A stretch of 64,000 nucleotides of DNA from Syntrophaceae bacterium UBA2251 (GTDB taxonomy: Bacteria; Desulfobacterota; Syntrophia; Syntrophales; UBA2251), in assembly GCA_002347815.1 (NCBI GenBank), contig DDXV01000042.1, positions 6,720-70,719 on the forward strand, in the 5' to 3' direction. The position numbers and the translations under genes are program-made. Below the pieces are notes generated by a model. That model was not told the DNA's origin. It was given only the letters and a program-made list of their open reading frames with translations, and did not search any database. Shown here piece after piece: positions 18,959 through 28,534 of this stretch (its first letter is position 1; each line of letters begins with the position of its first letter).

Positions 18959-20520
18959 CGTCCCGGCCGCGGTCGTCGCGGCCCTCTCCGGCGCTGTCCT
19001 TCCCTGCGCCGGGGCGATTTCTTCTCTTCCGCGGCAGGCGCCGCTTCCGTTTCCGCTATCCCCTCCCCGTCCTCCTCGGCCGTCAGCGTCTGGGGCGGGG
19101 CCTGCAGCATCCGCTGATAATAATCGTCCAGAAGCATCGCAATCAGGGGTGATTCAACCTCCGCCTCGGCCAGGCTTCGGCCCAGGTGGATAAAGCGGCG
19201 CATCCGCTCCTTTTCGAGGCTGTCGCGCGACCGCAGGTCCGCCTCCAGGGACGCGACGACCCGCTGCGAGACGATCGCCTCGACGTCCTCGTCCGTGGGG
19301 AGCGTCTTTTCCTGGATGTTGATGTTGAAGCTCCGGGCGATCGACCGGAGGTTGAACTGTTCCATCCCCGCCACCAGCGTAATCGCCGTTCCTGTAGCCC
19401 CGACGCGTCCCGTCCGCCCCGCCCGGTGAATGTAAAGCTCCGGGTCTTCCGGCGGCTCGTACTGGAAGACATGCGACAGGTCCGGAATGTCGATGCCGCG
19501 CGCGGCCACATCCGTCGCGACGAGAAAGCGGAGCGCCCCTCTGCGCACCCGGCCCATCACCCGCTCCCGCGCCCCCTGCGCGAGATCGGAGCTGAGTTCG
19601 TCGGCGTCGTAGCCGAAACGCTTGAGCACCACGGAGACGAAGTGCACGGTGGACTTCATGTTGCAGAAGATGATCGCGGAGACGGGATTTTCCATCTCGA
19701 TGATCCGGACGAGGGACCGCTCCCGCTGCATCCCCGGCACGATGTAGAAGACGTGGTCGGTGCCCGTCACGTGGACGTGCTCCTGACTCAGGCTCAGGAA
19801 CTCGGGATGGCGGAGGAACTCCCCGGCCAGGCGGAGCACGTACGACGGGAAAGTGGCGGAGAACATGTAGCCGCTGATCGGCCGGTGCGGAAGGAACTGT
19901 TTGACCCGCTTCATGTCGGGGTAGAATCCCATTGAGAGCATGCGGTCGGCCTCATCGAAAACGATGATCTTGAGCGCGTCCAGGGAGAGGGTCCCCTTGA
20001 GCAGATGGTCGAGGATGCGCCCCGGCGTCCCGACGACGAGATGCGCCCCCCGGCGGAAGGCCTCCAGCTGGGGTTCGTATTTCACGCCGCCGTAAACGAC
20101 GGCCGTTCTGAGGCCGCGCTCCCCCTGGAGGGTTTCGGCCTCGTGCGCCACCTGCTTGGCGAGTTCGCGGGTGGGAACCAGGACGATCGCCTGGCAGACC
20201 GCCTTCGCCGGATCGATCCGCTCCAGGATCGGCAGGATGAAGGCGCCGGTCTTGCCGCTCCCGGTCTGCGACTGAACCATCAGGTCCCGTTCGGCCAGCA
20301 CATAGGGGATCGCCCGGGCCTGGACCGGCAGGAGCTTCGTCCATCCCGCCCGCGCGCAGGCCGCCTGGAGCGCCTCCGGCAGCCCCTCGAGGGTCACTTC
20401 CGGCAGGGCGTTCTCCGGCTCGATCACGCCCTCCATCCCGTCACGCCCGGAACCCGCGGCCTCCGATACCGGCGGCGCCGACGTTTGGGTCCCCCCGCCG
20501 TTTTCCATCTCTTCCGACAT
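18955..20520 (-). CDS. DEAD-box RNA helicase
   Basis: Q motif, SQTGSGKT, PTRELA, DEAD, SAT, ATDVAARGID, HRAGRTGR. Confidence 0.96.
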   Translation of the reverse strand: MSEEMENGGGTQTSAPPVSEAAGSGRDGMEGVIEPENALPEVTLEGLPEALQAACARAGWTKLLPVQARAIPYVLAERDLMVQSQTGSGKTGAFILPILERIDPAKAVCQAIVLVPTRELAKQVAHEAETLQGERGLRTAVVYGGVKYEPQLEAFRRGAHLVVGTPGRILDHLLKGTLSLDALKIIVFDEADRMLSMGFYPDMKRVKQFLPHRPISGYMFSATFPSYVLRLAGEFLRHPEFLSLSQEHVHVTGTDHVFYIVPGMQRERSLVRIIEMENPVSAIIFCNMKSTVHFVSVVLKRFGYDADELSSDLAQGARERVMGRVRRGALRFLVATDVAARGIDIPDLSHVFQYEPPEDPELYIHRAGRTGRVGATGTAITLVAGMEQFNLRSIARSFNINIQEKTLPTDEDVEAIVSQRVVASLEADLRSRDSLEKERMRRFIHLGRSLAEAEVESPLIAMLLDDYYQRMLQAPPQTLTAEEDGEGIAETEAAPAAEEKKSPRRREGQRRRGPRRPRPGR

Positions 20521-20572
20521 ACGTCCTCTCTTTCCCACTTTCTGCTGAAATATCAAAATTTTTGCGGGGCGG

Positions 20573-20601
20573 AGTATAGGCAGAAGGGCGACGGGTGTCA
20601 A
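20573..20601 (-). promoter_or_regulatory. sigma70 promoter of the DEAD helicase
   Basis: Minus strand TTGACA-N17-TATACT. Confidence 0.7.
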
Positions 20602-20632
20602 GGGAAATCCTTGAAAATCCCCGCCAAATTCC

Positions 20633-20662
20633 TTGACAGGCCGCGGATGTTTCCGGTACTGA
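20633..20662 (+). promoter_or_regulatory. sigma70-type promoter of the SpoIID cluster (divergent)
   Basis: TTGACA-N18-TACTGA. Confidence 0.4.
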
Positions 20663-20869
20663 AGGGTGCCGTCCGCGCGCCGCCGAATCCCCCGCGATCT
20701 TCGGCAGGGCGCTGTTTGCCCGAAGACGGGAGGCGGCCTGCTCAGGGACAGCCGGATTCCCGCCGCGGCCGGCCCTCGCGTTCACCGGCCGGGGGCGGGA
20801 ACGACGACGGAAAGCGGCGAAAGGTCAAGGCGCGGGGCTTCAAGGATCTCAAACGGGGAAGCCGGAGAC

Positions 20870-22267
20870 ATGATCGCGCAGGAACCCCGCCTCACGGTGG
20901 GCATCATCTCCCGGGCGACCGGGATCAGCGGCGTTCTGAACGGCGTCTTTCGGGCCGATCCGGAGCATGTCCCGGCGGCGGAACGGACGGTGCGCCTCCA
21001 GGGCCCCTTCGGGGTCGTCCCCGACGGCGGGAAACCGGTGCTGAGGACCGGGTCGGGCGAAATCCGGCCGGTGGGGCGGGCGCTCTCCCTCATCCCGGAG
21101 GCCGGGGCCGACTTCACCCTGAACGACGTGACGATCGGCGTCGCCTTCCACTGGGAGCGGCGGGAAGCGCAGACCTTCCCCGACGGGCTCACGCTGCTCT
21201 CCCCGGACGACGGCACCCTCACGGCGATCAATGTCGTCCCGCTGGAGACCTACCTCGCGAGCGTGATTTCCTCCGAAATGAGCGCCCTGGCCCCGCCGGA
21301 GTTTCTCAAGGCCCACGCCGTCACCTCCCGGAGCTGGCTCGGCGCCATGCTCGCCCGGCGGACCGACCCGGACCCGGCGGCCTGTCCCGAACCGGGACCG
21401 GGCGGCGCGTCTCCCCTCTCGACCCTCCCGCCGGCGTCGGGCGGGGAGCTGCCGGAAATCCGCCGCTGGACGGACCGTGAGGCGCACGCACACTTCGATG
21501 TCTGCGCCGACGATCACTGTCAGCGCTACCAGGGGATGACGAAAATCGTCTCCCCCGCGGCGGCCGCCGCCGTCTCCGCCACCCGGGGCGCCTTTCTCAC
21601 GTACGCGGGGCGGATCTGCGACGCCCGCTGCCACAAGGCCTGCGGCGGCCTCACCGAGCCGGCCCGGAACGTCTGGGCGGAGGTTCCCATCCCCTATCTC
21701 ACGAGCGTCGCCGACGCGGACGGGCCCCTTCCCCCCGTGCGGACGGATGCGGAGGCGGCGGCCTGGTTCGGCGACCGCCCCGACGTCCACTGCCGGGTGA
21801 CGGACCCCCGGTTGCTGGCGCGGATCCTGCCGGACTTCGACCGGGAAACGGCCGATTTCTTCCGGTGGTCCGTCTCGTACGCGCGGGAGGAACTGGAAGG
21901 CCTCCTCAAGGACAAGTCGGGAATCGATTTCGGAACCCTGCTCGATCTGACGCCCCTGACGCGGGGGCCGTCGGGACGGATCAGCCGCCTGCGCGTCACC
22001 GGCACGAAACACGCCGTGACCGTCGGCCGGGAACTGGAGATCCGCCGCTGGCTGTCGAAGAGTCACCTCTTCAGCAGCGCCTTCGTCGTCCGGACCGAAC
22101 GGGATCGCGGCGGTCGCCCTATACGGTTTCACCTCGCCGGCGGCGGCTGGGGCCACGGGGTCGGCCTGTGCCAGATCGGCGCCGCCGCGATGGCCGCGCG
22201 GGGCCGCACGGCCGGACAGATCCTCGCGCATTATTTTCCCGGCGCGACCGTCACCCGGAGATACTGA
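20870..22267 (+). CDS. SpoIID/LytB domain protein (lytic transglycosylase-like)
   Basis: INVVPLETYLASVISSEM (catalytic Glu position), LKAHAVTSRS, HFDVCADDHCQRYQG, GGWGHGVGLCQIGA, ILAHYFPG. Confidence 0.92.
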   Translation: MIAQEPRLTVGIISRATGISGVLNGVFRADPEHVPAAERTVRLQGPFGVVPDGGKPVLRTGSGEIRPVGRALSLIPEAGADFTLNDVTIGVAFHWERREAQTFPDGLTLLSPDDGTLTAINVVPLETYLASVISSEMSALAPPEFLKAHAVTSRSWLGAMLARRTDPDPAACPEPGPGGASPLSTLPPASGGELPEIRRWTDREAHAHFDVCADDHCQRYQGMTKIVSPAAAAAVSATRGAFLTYAGRICDARCHKACGGLTEPARNVWAEVPIPYLTSVADADGPLPPVRTDAEAAAWFGDRPDVHCRVTDPRLLARILPDFDRETADFFRWSVSYAREELEGLLKDKSGIDFGTLLDLTPLTRGPSGRISRLRVTGTKHAVTVGRELEIRRWLSKSHLFSSAFVVRTERDRGGRPIRFHLAGGGWGHGVGLCQIGAAAMAARGRTAGQILAHYFPGATVTRRY

Positions 22268-22272
22268 CGCGC

Positions 22273-22995
22273 ATGGAAACGCCGCCCGTCAAAACCGCCT
22301 TCATCCTCGGCGCCGGTTTGGGCACGCGCCTCAAACCCCTGACCGACCGCTGCCCCAAACCGCTGCTGCCCGTCGGCGGGCGGCCGCTCATCACCCATGT
22401 CATGGACCACCTGCTGTCCGCGGGCGTCGAGCGCTTCATCGTCAACACGCATCACCGGGCCGGGGCGTACGACCGGGCGTTTCCGGACGGGGCCTGGCGG
22501 GGGCGCCCCATCGTCTTTCGCCACGAACCCGTGCTGCTCGACACGGGCGGCGGCCTGAAAAACATCGCGGACCTTCTGGCCGGAGACGCGCGCCTGCTCG
22601 TCTACAACGGCGACATCCTGACCGACCTCCCCCTCGCCCCCCTGCTCGACGCGCACCGGCGGAGCGACGCCGAGGTCACGCTGGCCCTGCGGTCCTCCGG
22701 GACGCCGTTGAACGTGACGATCGACGGCGCGGGCAACGTCCGCGACATGCGCGACCTCCTGGGCGACCCGGGCGTCACGCGCTGCCTGTTCGCCGGCATC
22801 TACGTCATGGAGACCCGGTTTCTGGAACACCTGCCCGGAGGCGCGATCTTCTCCATCGTGCCGGCGCTCGTGGACCGGATCCGCCTGCGGCCGGGGGCGG
22901 TGGCGGGCCAGGTGATCGACGCGGGACGCTGGCACGACATCGGTTCGCCCGCCGCGTATGAGGCCCTGCGCGACGCCTGGAGCCCCGCGCCATGA
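22273..22995 (+). CDS. Sugar-1-phosphate nucleotidyltransferase (MurU-like)
   Basis: AFILGAGLGTRLKPLT..PKPLLPVGGRP, LDTGGG, VYNGDI, WHDIGS. Confidence 0.88.
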   Translation: METPPVKTAFILGAGLGTRLKPLTDRCPKPLLPVGGRPLITHVMDHLLSAGVERFIVNTHHRAGAYDRAFPDGAWRGRPIVFRHEPVLLDTGGGLKNIADLLAGDARLLVYNGDILTDLPLAPLLDAHRRSDAEVTLALRSSGTPLNVTIDGAGNVRDMRDLLGDPGVTRCLFAGIYVMETRFLEHLPGGAIFSIVPALVDRIRLRPGAVAGQVIDAGRWHDIGSPAAYEALRDAWSPAP

Positions 22996-24002
22996 GCGCC
23001 CCGCCCCCGCCCGACGCCGCCCTTCTGGCATTCGCCCGCCGCGCCCTGAACCTCGCCGACGCGCCGCCCCCGGACCTCGTTCCCATCACGCGGGGCGGTT
23101 CGGACCGCGTTTACCGGCGTCTGACCGCGGGCGGGTCGACCTGGATCGTCATGCAATACGGGAAAGGCCGGAGAGAGAACGCCTCCTTCGCCCCCATCGC
23201 GCGCTTCCTGGCCGCCCACGACGTCCGGGTCCCCCGCATCCTCGCCGAAGACGCCGCGCGGGGCCTGCTCGTCCTGGAGGATCTGGGCGACCGGGACCTG
23301 TGGTCTTACCGCGACGCGGACCCCGCCGCCCGCCTCGCCCTCTACCGGCGGACCCTGCGCCTCGTCCGCCGCCTGCACGGACTGGCGGCCGGGGACGCGG
23401 CCGTCCGCGCCCTGCCGCTGATGGACCCCTTCGACGCGGCCCTCTACCGCTGGGAGCGGGACTATTTCCGGGAAAATTTCGTCCGCGGCGTCTGCGCCCT
23501 CGCGCTCGATCCGTCCGAGGCGGCGGCCCTGGAGGCGGAGCTGGCCGCGCTCGCCGCACGCCTGGAAGGCGCCGCCCCCTGCCTCGTTCACCGCGACCTG
23601 CAGTCGCAGAACGTCATGATCCATGCCGGCGAACCCGTGCTGATCGATTTCCAGGGGATGCGCCTCGGATCCTGCCTCTACGACCTGGGCGCCCTCCTCT
23701 ACGACCCCTACGTTCGGTTGACGCCGGACGTCCGCCTCGGCCTGCTTGGCGACTACTACGACCTCGGTCCGCAGGCGCTGCCCTGGGACGCCTTCCGGGA
23801 GTCCTTCCAGGAGGCGTCCGTGCAGCGGCTCCTCCAGGCCCTGGGCGCCTACGGCTACCTGGGCCTGAAGGCCGGCCACCCGGACTTTCTCTACCACATC
23901 CCCCGCGGCCTGGACCATCTGGAGGCGGCCGTGAACCTCGCGCCCCGCCTGGATCGCCTCCGGCGCCTCGTGTCCCGCTGCCGCCGGGCAATTAACCGTT
24001 GA
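22992..24002 (+). CDS. Aminoglycoside phosphotransferase-family sugar kinase (AmgK-like)
   Basis: GGSDRVYRR, LEDLGD, HRDLQSQNVM, IDFQG, QRLLQALGAYG. Translationally coupled to the nucleotidyltransferase. Confidence 0.85.
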   Translation: MSAPPPPDAALLAFARRALNLADAPPPDLVPITRGGSDRVYRRLTAGGSTWIVMQYGKGRRENASFAPIARFLAAHDVRVPRILAEDAARGLLVLEDLGDRDLWSYRDADPAARLALYRRTLRLVRRLHGLAAGDAAVRALPLMDPFDAALYRWERDYFRENFVRGVCALALDPSEAAALEAELAALAARLEGAAPCLVHRDLQSQNVMIHAGEPVLIDFQGMRLGSCLYDLGALLYDPYVRLTPDVRLGLLGDYYDLGPQALPWDAFRESFQEASVQRLLQALGAYGYLGLKAGHPDFLYHIPRGLDHLEAAVNLAPRLDRLRRLVSRCRRAINR

Positions 24003-24027
24003 CAGGCCGGAAGCCATCCATTATCAA
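23999..24027 (+). promoter_or_regulatory. Internal sigma70-type promoter before GT2
   Basis: TTGACA-N17-TATCAA; only 6 nt from the -10 to the annotated ATG. Confidence 0.45.
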
Positions 24028-24033
24028 GGGGTC

Positions 24034-25746
24034 ATGGACATCCAACCGCGAAAATCCCGTCCCGGAATCACGGCGGCGCTCTCGTACGCCGACGCGCCCT
24101 GGTTCGGCGCCCTGCTCAGGCGGCTGATCCGGCAGTCGGCCATCGAGCGGATCCTCATCGTCTACAACGACGGCGACGCCTACCCCCACGACAAGTGCGA
24201 ATGGATCCCCGCCGGTTCCCTGGTTGCGGGAGACACCCTTTCCACCGTCATCGAGAAGGCCCGGTCGAAATACCTGCTCGTCCTGCCCCTTCCCGCGGAC
24301 CTCGAACTGGGTCCCCGGGCCCTGCGGCGCCTGCTGGAGGCGGCGGAAATCTGCCAGGCCGGCATGGTGTACGCGGATTACCTAGAAGGCGATGCGCCCG
24401 CCCCGACCGCGCCCGCCGGGGACGGGGTTCCGCCGGTCGGGAAGCGCGGGGGAAAAGACGAGACCCCGGCCCTGCGGGAGCATCCCGTCAACGATTACCA
24501 GCTGGGCAGTCTCCGTGACGATTTCGATTTCGGCCCGCTGATGCTCTTTTCGATGGACGCCATTCGGGCCGCCCTGAAGAAATACGGCGCGCTTTCACCG
24601 TTCTCCCGCGCCGGTCTGTACGACCTCCGCCTCAGGGTCGCCACGGACGCGACCCTGTTTCACCTGCGGGAAGCCCTGGCCACGGTCATCCGTTCGGAAC
24701 CGGCCGCGACCGACGCGCCGGCGGCGGCGGACGAATGCGAAGCCTGGACGGACGAAGGGGAAACGAACGGCGGCGATCCGGTGGGAGCGCCCTTCGCCTA
24801 CTGCGATCCCCGCCAGCGGGACCGTCAGCGGGAGATGGAAAGCGCGGTCACCGCCCACCTGAAGCGGCTCGGCGCCTGGCTCAAGCCCCGCTTCCGGAGC
24901 GTCGCCCCCGCCCCCCAGACCTTCCCCGTGGAGGCCAGCGTCGTCATCCCCGTCAGAAACCGCAAAAAGACCATCGCCGACGCCATCCGGAGCGCCCTCT
25001 CGCAGGAGGCGGACTTCCCGTTCAACGTCCTGTGCATCGACAACCACTCGACCGACGGGACGACGGCCGTGCTGGAGAAGCTGGCCAAGGCGGATCCGCG
25101 CGTGATCCACCTCGTGCCCGCCCGCCGCGATCTCGGCATCGGCGGGTGCTGGAACGAGGCCCTCCGCGCCGAGGCGTGCGGGCGGTTCGCCGTCCAGCTC
25201 GACTCCGACGACGTCTACGGCGGTCCGGACACCCTGCGGAAGATCGTGCAATGCTTCCGCGAAGGCGACTTCGCCATGGTCATCGGCGCCTACACGCTCG
25301 TCGACGAACGGGGGGACACCCTTCCGCCGGGGCTGATCGCCCACCGCGAGTGGACCGACGACAACGGCCGCAACAACGCCCTGCGCATCAACGGCCTAGG
25401 CGCCCCGCGGGCCTTTCAGACCGCCCTGGCCCGCCAGATCGGCTTTCTGAACGTGAGTTACGGGGAGGATTACGCCATCGCGCTCAGGCTCACCCGCGAA
25501 TACCGGATCGGCCGGATCTACGAAAACCTCTACCTGTGCCGCCGCTGGTCCGGAAACTCCGACAGCGCGCTGACGGTGGCGCAAACCAACCGCCACGACG
25601 CCTTCAAGGACACCCTGCGCACCCTGGAAATCATGGCCCGCCGGCAGATGAACCCGCGCCCGGCCGTCCCTGTCCCGGCACGGGAGGGGGGCCGCGGCTA
25701 CCCGGGATACGGTCCGCCCGCCTACCGATCCGGGGCGCCGTCATGA
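24034..25746 (+). CDS. Glycosyltransferase family 2 (degenerate N-terminal + intact C-terminal GT-A domain)
   Basis: C-terminal SVVIPVRNR, IDNHSTDGT, QLDSDD, YGEDY. Confidence 0.88.
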   Translation: MDIQPRKSRPGITAALSYADAPWFGALLRRLIRQSAIERILIVYNDGDAYPHDKCEWIPAGSLVAGDTLSTVIEKARSKYLLVLPLPADLELGPRALRRLLEAAEICQAGMVYADYLEGDAPAPTAPAGDGVPPVGKRGGKDETPALREHPVNDYQLGSLRDDFDFGPLMLFSMDAIRAALKKYGALSPFSRAGLYDLRLRVATDATLFHLREALATVIRSEPAATDAPAAADECEAWTDEGETNGGDPVGAPFAYCDPRQRDRQREMESAVTAHLKRLGAWLKPRFRSVAPAPQTFPVEASVVIPVRNRKKTIADAIRSALSQEADFPFNVLCIDNHSTDGTTAVLEKLAKADPRVIHLVPARRDLGIGGCWNEALRAEACGRFAVQLDSDDVYGGPDTLRKIVQCFREGDFAMVIGAYTLVDERGDTLPPGLIAHREWTDDNGRNNALRINGLGAPRAFQTALARQIGFLNVSYGEDYAIALRLTREYRIGRIYENLYLCRRWSGNSDSALTVAQTNRHDAFKDTLRTLEIMARRQMNPRPAVPVPAREGGRGYPGYGPPAYRSGAPS

Positions 25747-26270
25747 CGTTCTCCGTGCAGCCCTGGCAGAAGCACGATCTCCGGGCCGTCCGGGAGATCA
25801 CCTGGACCACCTGGCAGAGCGCCTACGCGGCCTTCATCCCGGCCGACGACCTGAAAACCTACTTCGGCGCCCATTATTCGCCGCGCGCCCTGCGCGCCGT
25901 GTACGCGGACCCCTTCGTGGACGGATTCATCGGCACGGCGGAATACGGGCCGGCGGGGTACATCCGCACCCGTTACGTCAGGGAAGAGCACCGGTTCTAC
26001 GTCACGTCCCTGTACATCCTCCCCGCTTTCCAGGGTGTCGGGCTCGGCGGCCTTCTGCTCGCGGCGGCGGACGAGCGCGCCCGGCATCACGGGGTCGACG
26101 CCGTCTGGCTCGGCGTCATGACCCGGAACGTCCGCGCCCTGGACTGGTACCGGCGGCGGGGGTTCCGTTTCATCCGGAAGGAGCCGTTCGTGCTGTCCGC
26201 CACGACGGTCGAGCAACGGATCGGCTACCGGAAAATGAACGCCGCGGAGGCGGAGGCCCCCCCGCCATGA
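25743..26270 (+). CDS. GNAT-family N-acetyltransferase
   Basis: LYILPAFQGVGLGGLLL (motif A), WLGV...NVRALDWYRRRGF. Confidence 0.88.
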   Translation: MTFSVQPWQKHDLRAVREITWTTWQSAYAAFIPADDLKTYFGAHYSPRALRAVYADPFVDGFIGTAEYGPAGYIRTRYVREEHRFYVTSLYILPAFQGVGLGGLLLAAADERARHHGVDAVWLGVMTRNVRALDWYRRRGFRFIRKEPFVLSATTVEQRIGYRKMNAAEAEAPPP

Positions 26271-27289
26271 AGCGACCGGTCCGGCAGGCCCACACCGTCC
26301 CCGGGGACACGATCGCCGCCGTCTTCGCCGGCGCGCCCGGACCGCGCCCCGCGGGCGCCCTGTCCCCGCTGTGCCGCGCGCTCTACACCGCCCAGACGCG
26401 ATCCTGGCCGGCCCTGGCCCGGACCGCGGCGGAGCTCGCCGGGGTCCGCCTCCGCGACCTGTCTTCGGACGGCTGGTCGCTCAAGGTCCAGTACAACCCC
26501 GCGCGCCTGAAGAGCGGCGCCGCCCGCGTGGACCCCGCGTCCATCGCCGCCCGCCCCTGTTTCCTGTGCCCCGCGGCGCTCCCCCCCGAACAGCGTGGCA
26601 TCCTGTATCGGGAAGATTGCCTGATCCTCTGCAACCCCGCCCCGATCTTCCCCGGTCACTTCACGATTGCGAACCTCGCCCACGAGCCTCAGGCCATCGA
26701 AGCCCGCCTGGAGGCCTTCCTCGATCTGGCCCGCGATCTGGGCGACGGCATGACCCTCTTCTACAACGGCCCCGCCTGCGGGGCCTCCGCCCCCGACCAC
26801 CTCCATTTCCAGGCCGCTCCGGCCGGCGCGATCCCCATCGAGAAGGACCTGGCGGGGCGGTTCGATGCCCGACCGGCCCTGGGAAGCGACGGCGTCGATC
26901 GGTGGGGGCTGGTCTCCTGGGGGCGAACCCTGATCCTGGTCCGGGGCCGCGAACGGACGCCGCTGGCCGACGCGACGCGGCGCCTGATCGCCCGGGGAGG
27001 GAACGGGCCGGGATCGCCGGACGAGCCGATGCTGAACCTCCTGGCCGGCTACCGCCGGGGGGAATGGCGGCTCTGCCTCTTTCCCCGGCGGCGCCACCGC
27101 CCGGCCGCCTACGACCGTCCCGATTCGGAGCGGCTCCTCGTCAGTCCCGGCGCCGTGGACATGGGCGGGCTCGTTGTCGCGCCCCGGGAACGGGAGTTCA
27201 CCCGCCTGAACGCACCGCTGCTGCGGGACATTTATCGGGAGGTTTCCGCCGCCGCCCCTCCCTGGGCGGACCTTTTCACCCGCGATTGA
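26267..27289 (+). CDS. DUF4922-like protein (HIT-related HxHxQ nucleotide phosphorylase)
   Basis: QYNPAR..S..A, RPCFLC, NPAPIFPGHFTI, FYNGPACGASAPDHLHFQA, SPGAVDMGG. Confidence 0.8.
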   Translation: MKRPVRQAHTVPGDTIAAVFAGAPGPRPAGALSPLCRALYTAQTRSWPALARTAAELAGVRLRDLSSDGWSLKVQYNPARLKSGAARVDPASIAARPCFLCPAALPPEQRGILYREDCLILCNPAPIFPGHFTIANLAHEPQAIEARLEAFLDLARDLGDGMTLFYNGPACGASAPDHLHFQAAPAGAIPIEKDLAGRFDARPALGSDGVDRWGLVSWGRTLILVRGRERTPLADATRRLIARGGNGPGSPDEPMLNLLAGYRRGEWRLCLFPRRRHRPAAYDRPDSERLLVSPGAVDMGGLVVAPREREFTRLNAPLLRDIYREVSAAAPPWADLFTRD

Positions 27290-27351
27290 ACACCCCCGGC
27301 CGCCGGCCTGTCGCGCGGGCGTTCATTTTTGCACGCAAAGGACCGATCGTC

Positions 27352-27918
27352 ATGACCGAACCATCCCAACCCGTTTCCCCCCTCGCGGACAGCGCGATGA
27401 CCTTCCCGGAGGCCGTCGCCGGCACGCAGGCCCCGCCGGAGGCGCTCGCCCCGCTGAGTCTCGTCGACGTCCGCTACCGGGCCTTCGACGGGCGTCTCCA
27501 TGCGGGACAGCTCGTCATCCACCGGGACCTCGCCGCGGACATCCGCGCGATCTTCGCCTGGATGGAACGTTCCCGGTTCCCCGTGGCGAAGGTCGTGCCG
27601 ATCGTCCGCTACGGATGGTCCGACGACGCCTCCATGGCGGACAACAACACCTCCGCCTTCAACTACCGCTTCGTCGGCGGGACGGAGCGGCTGTCGCTGC
27701 ACGCCCTGGGCCGGGCCGTGGACTTGAACCCGCGGATCAACCCCGTGATTTACGGGGACGGACGCATCGCGCCGCCGGGAGCGGCGTACCGGCCGGGCGC
27801 GCCGGGGACGGTCTATCCCGCCCATCCCCTGATGGAGGAATTCCGGAGGCGCGGCTGGACGTGGGGGGGGGATTTCAAAACCCTGAAGGACTACCACCAC
27901 TTCGAGAAGCGGGCATGA
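27352..27918 (+). CDS. M15-family metallopeptidase (peptidoglycan stem peptidase)
   Basis: NTSAFNYR, SLHALGRAVDLNP (SxHxxGxAxD), WTWGGDF..DYHHFE. Confidence 0.9.
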   Translation: MTEPSQPVSPLADSAMTFPEAVAGTQAPPEALAPLSLVDVRYRAFDGRLHAGQLVIHRDLAADIRAIFAWMERSRFPVAKVVPIVRYGWSDDASMADNNTSAFNYRFVGGTERLSLHALGRAVDLNPRINPVIYGDGRIAPPGAAYRPGAPGTVYPAHPLMEEFRRRGWTWGGDFKTLKDYHHFEKRA

Positions 27919-27965
27919 GCGGGGTTCTCCGCCTCCGCCCCGCCGCCTCTGCGGGAGGACGCCCT

Positions 27966-28418
27966 TCAGTCGTCGAGGGGAATGACCCGGACCCAAGCGG
28001 TTCCCCCGCGGAGGAACCGCAGTTCGCGCACCGCCGCGCGCGACAGGTCGATGACGTCGAAGCGCCGCTTGCGGCAGCGGTCGTTGATCGTCACCACCAC
28101 GGACCGGTCATTGTCGAGATTGACGACCCTGACCCGTGTGCCGAGGGAGAGGCTCGGATGGGCGGCGGTCCGCTTTTCGGGACGGTAGATCGCGCCGGAG
28201 CTGGTTCGCCGGCCGTTGAAACGCCTGGCGTAATAGAAGGCGCGGCAGACGAAACCCTCCTCCGGTTCCCCGGTGGCGGCCGCCTCCGCGGGCGCCATCC
28301 GGCCGGCCTCCGCCGCCCCGCTTTCCTGGGCGTGAAGCGGCAGCGCGGCGGACAGGAGAACCAGCGGACCGACCACCGCCAGCAGCGCGAGGCCTCTCAT
28401 CGAATTGGTGCGACTCAT
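27966..28418 (-). CDS. rlpA: RlpA-like lytic transglycosylase (DPBB domain) with signal peptide
   Basis: FNGRRTSSG, TAAHPSLSLGTRVRVVNL.N.RSVVVTINDR, IDLSRAA. Start 28418 after GGAGGG. Confidence 0.85.
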   Translation of the reverse strand: MSRTNSMRGLALLAVVGPLVLLSAALPLHAQESGAAEAGRMAPAEAAATGEPEEGFVCRAFYYARRFNGRRTSSGAIYRPEKRTAAHPSLSLGTRVRVVNLDNDRSVVVTINDRCRKRRFDVIDLSRAAVRELRFLRGGTAWVRVIPLDD

Positions 28419-28534
28419 CACTCCCTCCGGCGCGGCAAGACAACCCCGCGCCCGACGCCGTCCCGCTCGATCACGAGCGTCAAGCGCTACATGACCCCCC
28501 GGCCGTCTGTCAAGCGGTTTGATCGAATATTTGA

